DNA of 64,000 nucleotides from an uncultured Chloroflexia bacterium (GTDB lineage: Bacteria > Chloroflexota > Dehalococcoidia > DSTF01 > JALHUB01): NCBI GenBank assembly GCA_963703345.1, contig OY969814.1, positions 576,001 through 640,000 of the forward strand. The letters run 5' to 3'. Both the position numbers and the translations under genes were made by a program. Below are positions 58,925-64,000 of this stretch, piece by piece (position 1 is the stretch's first letter; the number at the start of each line of letters is the position of its first letter). A model generated the notes under the pieces. The model saw nothing but the letters and a program-made list of their open reading frames with translations. It was not told the DNA's origin and made no database searches.

Positions 58925-59602
58925 ATGGCCAAATCGCCCAAGACGAAATCGGAACCCGAGACGGATCCGCTAACCGCGCGCCTACAACAGCAACGCACCT
59001 CGCTAATCGCCCAGATCGACACCTGCGAGAAGGCCATCGAAAGCGCCATTTTGGAGAGCGGCACCCGTGTGCTCGGTGCTCGCGGCAACCCGCGGGTCGA
59101 AGACAGCGCTCTCCAGCCCGTCGTCCTTCTGGAGGCGAAGGCGAAGGTGCTGAAGGCGGCCCTGGTAGAACTTGATCGCAAAATCGCCTGTGCGCCACAA
59201 CGCGCCGCGGAATTCGAAGCGGCCATCGCACCACTCGAGCCGGCAATAGCGAAGCGCGACCGCATCCTTGCCGAGGCCACGAAAATGCTCCGAGACCTGC
59301 ACGCCAAACTGCTCGACCTACGGGCCAGCAACAGCGAGGCCGTGATGCTTCTAGGGGCCAGTTATAAGGCTTGGGGCCGTATCGGAAGACCCCCTGAGTT
59401 GGAGCCCCGGTTCACGCCGGTCGCCTTCCCGGCAGACCTACATACGGCGTTTTTCCGAGACACGCCGTTCATCGGCAGCGTAAGTTTGCGCGGCGACAGT
59501 AGCCAGCCGGTGCTCCGAATGCGCGCATCCGCCTTTGACGGCGACGAAGCCGAGGCTTGGGCTCTAGCAGACCCGGAGACGGGCCGGCCATACGGCCTAT
59601 AG
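58925..59602 (+). CDS. Coiled-coil protein, possibly small-terminase (P27-type)-like
   Basis: AAGGAG RBS; ILESGTRVLGARGNPRVEDSAL resembles the P27 TerS G-x4-GxxG-x-P segment. Confidence 0.5.
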   Translation: MAKSPKTKSEPETDPLTARLQQQRTSLIAQIDTCEKAIESAILESGTRVLGARGNPRVEDSALQPVVLLEAKAKVLKAALVELDRKIACAPQRAAEFEAAIAPLEPAIAKRDRILAEATKMLRDLHAKLLDLRASNSEAVMLLGASYKAWGRIGRPPELEPRFTPVAFPADLHTAFFRDTPFIGSVSLRGDSSQPVLRMRASAFDGDEAEAWALADPETGRPYGL

Positions 59603-59615
59603 GAGAATAGCTATT

Positions 59616-60329
59616 ATGAAGAACGATCCAGACAGTTTTCTGGCCCAACGCGCCATCATTTCCTTGATCGATCAGGTATACGGTCTCGGCCCCTGGAAGA
59701 CGAAGACGCCCCCGGAGGCAGACATCATAATCGCCCGGTTCAAAGCGGCCACGCCCGACCGGCGCAACCTGATGTGTAAGGCGCTCCGCGGTATGCCCGA
59801 CATACCCCGGTTTGAGATCGGCGGCGTGCTACGGAAGGCCTCGGCAGGGGATAGCCCCGCCCGGCCTATCGTCGAAGCCGTTCTATCGACCTCGCTGGTC
59901 GATCTCGACGGCGACCGTATGTCCGAGAACGCCCTCCGCCAGATGGCCGCGGGCTTCAAGGGCCTCACGATTTTCCTGAACCACAGGTATTCGTGGCCCG
60001 AGGATGTCTTCGGCTCCTGCGGAGGCACCTCGCTAACAAAGAACCAAGCGACGAGTGTTCTTACCGGCACCATCGCGGTCGAGACCGCAAACCCGCGGGC
60101 CCTCCAGTCCTACGCGATGATGAAGAACGGCACGCGCGCCGGCGTATCGGTGGGCGTGATTGTCCTGAGTCATCACCTGGAGAACGCGGCGAAACCGGGT
60201 GGCCCGCAAGTATTCGTCATAGACGATGTTCTCCCGCTGGAGGCGAGCGTCTGCGGCATACCGAGCAACCCGGGTTCGTGGGTCAGTCAGGCAAAATCCG
60301 CGGTCAAGAGCGCATCACAACGGCGCTAG
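59616..60329 (+). CDS. HK97-family prohead protease
   Basis: VDLDGD, IFLNH, GVSVG, LEASVCGIPSNP. Confidence 0.82.
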   Translation: MKNDPDSFLAQRAIISLIDQVYGLGPWKTKTPPEADIIIARFKAATPDRRNLMCKALRGMPDIPRFEIGGVLRKASAGDSPARPIVEAVLSTSLVDLDGDRMSENALRQMAAGFKGLTIFLNHRYSWPEDVFGSCGGTSLTKNQATSVLTGTIAVETANPRALQSYAMMKNGTRAGVSVGVIVLSHHLENAAKPGGPQVFVIDDVLPLEASVCGIPSNPGSWVSQAKSAVKSASQRR

Positions 60330-60951
60330 CGTAAGCGCCGCTTCGTTCCTCCTCGGGGCCGCTATCGTATCGTCTCCTACAGGCTTGCGGCCCCACAAAA
60401 ACTGAATATGACGCTGCTTTTCCATTAGCAGTAGTCCTTCAAAGGGTGCAAAGGGCAGAATAGTCACTGCTTGAAGGGGCCGGCAACCTGCTCTCCTTTT
60501 TGCCGGCCCCGCGCGCCCGTCCCTAAGCAAGATCTGAAAGCACGCCGCTCCTAGCGTGCTCTGTTGCCCCTGACCCCTGCTGGTGTTCTTGGCATTTGCC
60601 CCAGCAGGGGCCGTTACGTCTGGCGGCAGTAGCACACAGCGCCTCAGCAAACTAGCCCTCCGGTCACTACCACCACCCCCTCGAATCTCTGCGCCCCGTT
60701 GTAGAACAATCGGCCCCACAGCGCCAACGTGGGGCCAATTCGCGCCTATCCCGCCCCTCCCTAGTAGACGGACGCCTTTGCGCCCATCTCGCGTAGATTT
60801 GGCCCTGTAGGGCTCACGTGGCGCTATAGGACGTAACAGAGCTACGCTACGGCCGTTCGGTCATGTAGAGATAGCACGCAGGCGTCAGAATTCCCAACAA
60901 GAGCCGAATGAATGGACTGAAGCCAGATTCAAAGCTAGGAGGACAAGAGAA

Positions 60952-61227
60952 ATGGCATCACTATCGAACCCCTACGCCTCGCTGGCCGCCGCGCAGAAGG
61001 CGCTACGGGAGATCGGAAAGGACGAAGAGGCCCAGCAGATGCAACGCGAGGTCTTTGCCGCGCCCAGCACGCAAGAGATGGAGCAGGTCATCCGCCGCCA
61101 CCTAGAAGCGGCCCAAGCCGAGCAAGATGCGGCCTTCGGGCGACTCGTCGCTGACGTCTTGGGTCACCGGCCTAGTTCGCCGCCTATCTTCCCCCGTGAG
61201 CCTACGCCAATCGATTCACCACGCTAG
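60952..61227 (+). CDS. Hypothetical protein
   Basis: AGGAGG RBS. Confidence 0.6.
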   Translation: MASLSNPYASLAAAQKALREIGKDEEAQQMQREVFAAPSTQEMEQVIRRHLEAAQAEQDAAFGRLVADVLGHRPSSPPIFPREPTPIDSPR

Positions 61228-61306
61228 CCACCAGGAGGCTTCGGCCTCTTGGCCCGCTGACCCGTGGGGGCCGGCGGACGAAGCAGCCGAAGGAGGCAGA
61301 ACGAAA

Positions 61307-61852
61307 ATGGCACGCTACGAAGTAACGAAACACCTGAAGGCGGTCTACCAAGTGGACGCCGAGACCCCAGAAGCGGCGCTGGAAGTGCCGTGGCCGCGCG
61401 AGGATCCGGACGCGGTCAGTATCTTGCGGGAGAGGGCCCGCGACTTGGACAGGAAACCAGCCGCCGGCCCGAAGGTCATCCATGATCGCACGATGCGCGC
61501 TGGCAGAACCTTCGAACGCACCTTCGACGGCACGATCCACCAAGCGGTCGTGCTGCCCGGCGGCCGAATCAAACTCGACGGGCTGGAGGTCTTCAAGAAT
61601 CTGGCCCAGGCGACAGCGGCTATCCGGCCGGGCGTTAGCCTGAACGCATGGGCATGGTGGCGCGAAGTGGAGCCGGCCGCCCCAGCGCCTACGAAACCAT
61701 CGAAGAAGCCGACGAAGGCGGAGCCCGTGACGGCGAAGAAGGTTGACCCAGCCGACCTACGCGCCAGCCTTCCCGCCGAAGATGCGGCGACGCTGGCCAA
61801 GATGGAGAACGGCGAGCCCGAGTCGGCCGAGGAGCAGGAGGGGCAGGCGTAA
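61307..61852 (+). CDS. RAMA/DUF2924-like DNA-binding domain protein
   Basis: AGGAGG RBS; FDGTIHQAVVLPGGRIKLDG..FKNLAQAT...SLNAWAWWR. Confidence 0.65.
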   Translation: MARYEVTKHLKAVYQVDAETPEAALEVPWPREDPDAVSILRERARDLDRKPAAGPKVIHDRTMRAGRTFERTFDGTIHQAVVLPGGRIKLDGLEVFKNLAQATAAIRPGVSLNAWAWWREVEPAAPAPTKPSKKPTKAEPVTAKKVDPADLRASLPAEDAATLAKMENGEPESAEEQEGQA

Positions 61853-62196
61853 TGGCCGGCGGATACACCTTGAGCACGCAGCACAAGAAGCCTGCGGAGC
61901 GCTGTAAATGCTGCCGGCATCCACACATCGGCTACCACGCCTCCGAGCGTTGCGAGGGGCTCTCGGAAGGGGGATCGCACCTTTGTATGGTAGTGAGCAT
62001 CTCGGAGAAGGGAGTCGCCAGATGCCACGGGCTCAGGACACACAGCTTGAGCTATCGCCTAAGCCGATCTGGGGCGCGTCTCTACGAGGCTATCCCCGCC
62101 CGCAGGCAAGACGACGCTCCCTTATACTGCCCCGAGCACGCGACCCAGTTGGCGATCACCCTGACGATTCAAAGCAGGCAGGAACGGGCCGCCTGA
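61852..62196 (+). CDS. Cys/His-rich hypothetical protein
   Basis: TAATG coupling; CKCCRH..C..C..C..YCPEH. Confidence 0.5.
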   Translation: MAGGYTLSTQHKKPAERCKCCRHPHIGYHASERCEGLSEGGSHLCMVVSISEKGVARCHGLRTHSLSYRLSRSGARLYEAIPARRQDDAPLYCPEHATQLAITLTIQSRQERAA

Positions 62197-62265
62197 CCGC
62201 CCCGCTGGTGAACCGCCGAGGGCAGGCCGCGAGGCCTGCTTCTCGTCCAGGGTGCGCGCACGCTC

Positions 62266-62811
62266 TTACGTGGACGGATCCACAGCGGCTGCGTAACGCT
62301 CAAGCCGTGTGTGGAGATCGGCAATCTTGTGAAGCCTGTCAGCATCAGTGAGATCCGCGTCGATCACTCCGAGAGCTAGCTCCAAGAGGTCGCGGCGAAT
62401 GCCTTCATCGTCGATTCTGAGGCGGACAACCGCAGCGCGTGCTGCGAGCTTCGGATGGGGTGCGGGAATCTCCTCACCCAGCCGCTTTAGCATTTCGACC
62501 GACATGCCATCCGGCAGACGGTCAATGATCGTTAACGCGCCCTCTCTTTCCGCTTGGTCAACCAGAGCCTTCCATCTGCGGTGAGCATACCCTTCTTCTA
62601 GTTCCGCCAAGACGTCAAACACGGGCTGGAGCTGCACACTCCTCGTTGCCCTGATAGCCTCGTCCTTCCTGCTTTGGCGCTCTGCCTCGAGACGCTGCTG
62701 CTGCATTGCGAGTTCGTCCGCCTGCCGCCAGCGCTGCGCTATCCAAGTAACCGCTAGCGTACCCGCGGCACTGGCTGGGATTAGCAAGAGAGCTTGCCCC
62801 CACGCAATCAT
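62266..62811 (-). CDS. Membrane-anchored hypothetical protein
   Basis: N-terminal TM followed by a helical domain. Confidence 0.6.
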   Translation of the reverse strand: MIAWGQALLLIPASAAGTLAVTWIAQRWRQADELAMQQQRLEAERQSRKDEAIRATRSVQLQPVFDVLAELEEGYAHRRWKALVDQAEREGALTIIDRLPDGMSVEMLKRLGEEIPAPHPKLAARAAVVRLRIDDEGIRRDLLELALGVIDADLTDADRLHKIADLHTRLERYAAAVDPST

Positions 62812-62845
62812 CGCGTTTTACTCACACCCCCAACCGTGAGAAACA

Positions 62846-63361
62846 CTAGCCCTCTGTAGGCGGCTCGCGCCAAGGTTCTATCGCCTTCGCTGCAACCGGA
62901 GGGCGCATGGCGTACCAGGACAGAGGCCAAGCCATTATCGCTGTCGACTTCACCCCCTCTGAGTCATCGAGAATGAGGGCAACAAGCGCAAAGGCGATTA
63001 TCACGGTGAGCAGGCCCGGCAGGAATAGCAGGGGGCGGAGGGGCCACACTCGAATCCACAGCCAACTCGTCGCCATGAGTAGACCGGCAAGCGGCATCCA
63101 TAGTAGCTGAGCCAGAATCCCAAAGATGCCCAACGTCAAAACGAGCAAACAACCGGTCGCGGCTTTGGTGAGGTACCCGACCGGAATGAGAACGAAAGTG
63201 AGCACTGAGCAGATGCCTATTGAACAGCGTAGGGCGAAGCGCGTGACGACATCCGCCTCGTCAATGATGGGGTCTAAGCTGGCCAGAATAGTTCCGCTAC
63301 CGCGCACGCGGGTATTCTGCGCTTCCGCCGGAGGCGCGTCAAGGGGCGGGCCCACCTTCAC
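62846..63361 (-). CDS. Multi-TM membrane protein (start uncertain)
   Basis: Hydrophobic; LLMATSWLWIRVWPLRPLL. Confidence 0.6.
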   Translation of the reverse strand: MKVGPPLDAPPAEAQNTRVRGSGTILASLDPIIDEADVVTRFALRCSIGICSVLTFVLIPVGYLTKAATGCLLVLTLGIFGILAQLLWMPLAGLLMATSWLWIRVWPLRPLLFLPGLLTVIIAFALVALILDDSEGVKSTAIMAWPLSWYAMRPPVAAKAIEPWREPPTEG

Positions 63362-63437
63362 CTTGACGGAGCCCTCGGCACGACGCACAATGGCCGCATT
63401 CCCCTGCGAATCATGCGGGTGAGGGACGGGAGTATGG

Positions 63438-63929
63438 GTGACGTTAGGCACCGCGCGGGATTGGAGGGAACTAGGGGTGCAGTTGATCAGGATAGGAAAC
63501 TCTATCGTCGAGGAGTATGATCTCACCGGTCTTGCGGCCGTGTCCAGTCGCATTATTATCGGGGGCTTCATGATTGTGATGTGGCCCTTCTTGCTGGTGG
63601 GGATAGTGCTGGGCATCCCTCTCGCGGTCGCCAAGGGTTGCTTGCCATGTCTCTTCGCAATTCCTTTACTGTTGTTCAACGTGGTTCACCTGGTGCTTCT
63701 GGCCCCTCTTTTGGGCACGAGCTATCTATGGGGTAGGGCACCGCTGTTGCGCCCCGTGCTCATGATCGTGTCTATTCCCATCGCTCTGATTGACGCAGCA
63801 TTTCTGCTAACAATGCACGGGATGCTGGAGAACCCAGGAACGATCATCACGGTGCCGCTCTCATGGCCAGCTACGGTCAGAGCTTTCGAAAGAAGACAGA
63901 TCAGAACGAATCCAGGGCTCCCTTTCTGA
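63438..63929 (+). CDS. Multi-TM membrane protein, paralog of its divergent neighbour
   Basis: LLGTSYLWGRAPLLRPVL. Confidence 0.6.
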   Translation: MTLGTARDWRELGVQLIRIGNSIVEEYDLTGLAAVSSRIIIGGFMIVMWPFLLVGIVLGIPLAVAKGCLPCLFAIPLLLFNVVHLVLLAPLLGTSYLWGRAPLLRPVLMIVSIPIALIDAAFLLTMHGMLENPGTIITVPLSWPATVRAFERRQIRTNPGLPF

Positions 63930-64000
63930 TGCCGAGGCATTCGATGCCGCGCCGCCGCAAGGTAGGGGCTGACTCGTCAGCCGGCTTGTGGGGGCAGTTT

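Larger units (their letters stand above)
53065..64000. mobile_element. Phage-satellite-like element inserted in the portal gene (right end outside window)
   Basis: Starts where portal homology stops; small phage-type ORFs, Rep-like, TOPRIM, HTH and prohead protease genes. Confidence 0.72.

Noticed and set aside
57591-58925. Retron or DGR
   Set aside because: No reverse transcriptase motifs and no TR/VR pair seen in the window

Overview
GC-rich bacterial chromosome segment, most consistent with Dehalococcoidia (Chloroflexota): dnaN sits away from dnaA beside a phage-like capsid cluster, and there are Gram-positive-type SOS boxes. (1) 1-10.6 kb: heterodisulfide-reductase cluster (hdrC-hdrB-hdrA-mvhD, a frameshifted hdrD-like gene and an hdrL-like gene) with an Rrf2 regulator and sufS. 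(2) 10.4-18.9 kb: tRNA-Lys(UUU) plus two copies of its 3' part with conserved non-coding arms. These delimit two tandem integrase-less cassettes, one with a radical SAM and a cupin gene, the other with a TetR and MacAB-type ABC exporter; the hdr block probably forms a third. (3) 19-40 kb: mostly core genes (pyrE, lepB, ECF sigma/anti-sigma, a ThDP enzyme, a second MacAB-type operon, a MarR pair, acs, dnaN). (4) 40.8-53.1 kb: compact phage-derived particle cluster (holin-like, tail-like, adaptor, major capsid, scaffold, portal). Its two promoters carry LexA-like boxes, suggesting a domesticated GTA-like system, and it is split by accessory genes including a XamI-family R-M system. (5) 53.07-64 kb: a satellite-like element inserted inside the portal gene. 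It encodes a Rep-like protein, a TOPRIM protein, an HTH, an RRM RNA-binding protein followed by a structured non-coding region, a TerS-like protein, an orphan HK97 prohead protease and a RAMA-domain protein. Its other end lies outside the window. All protein assignments come from motif recognition by eye; no searches were run.
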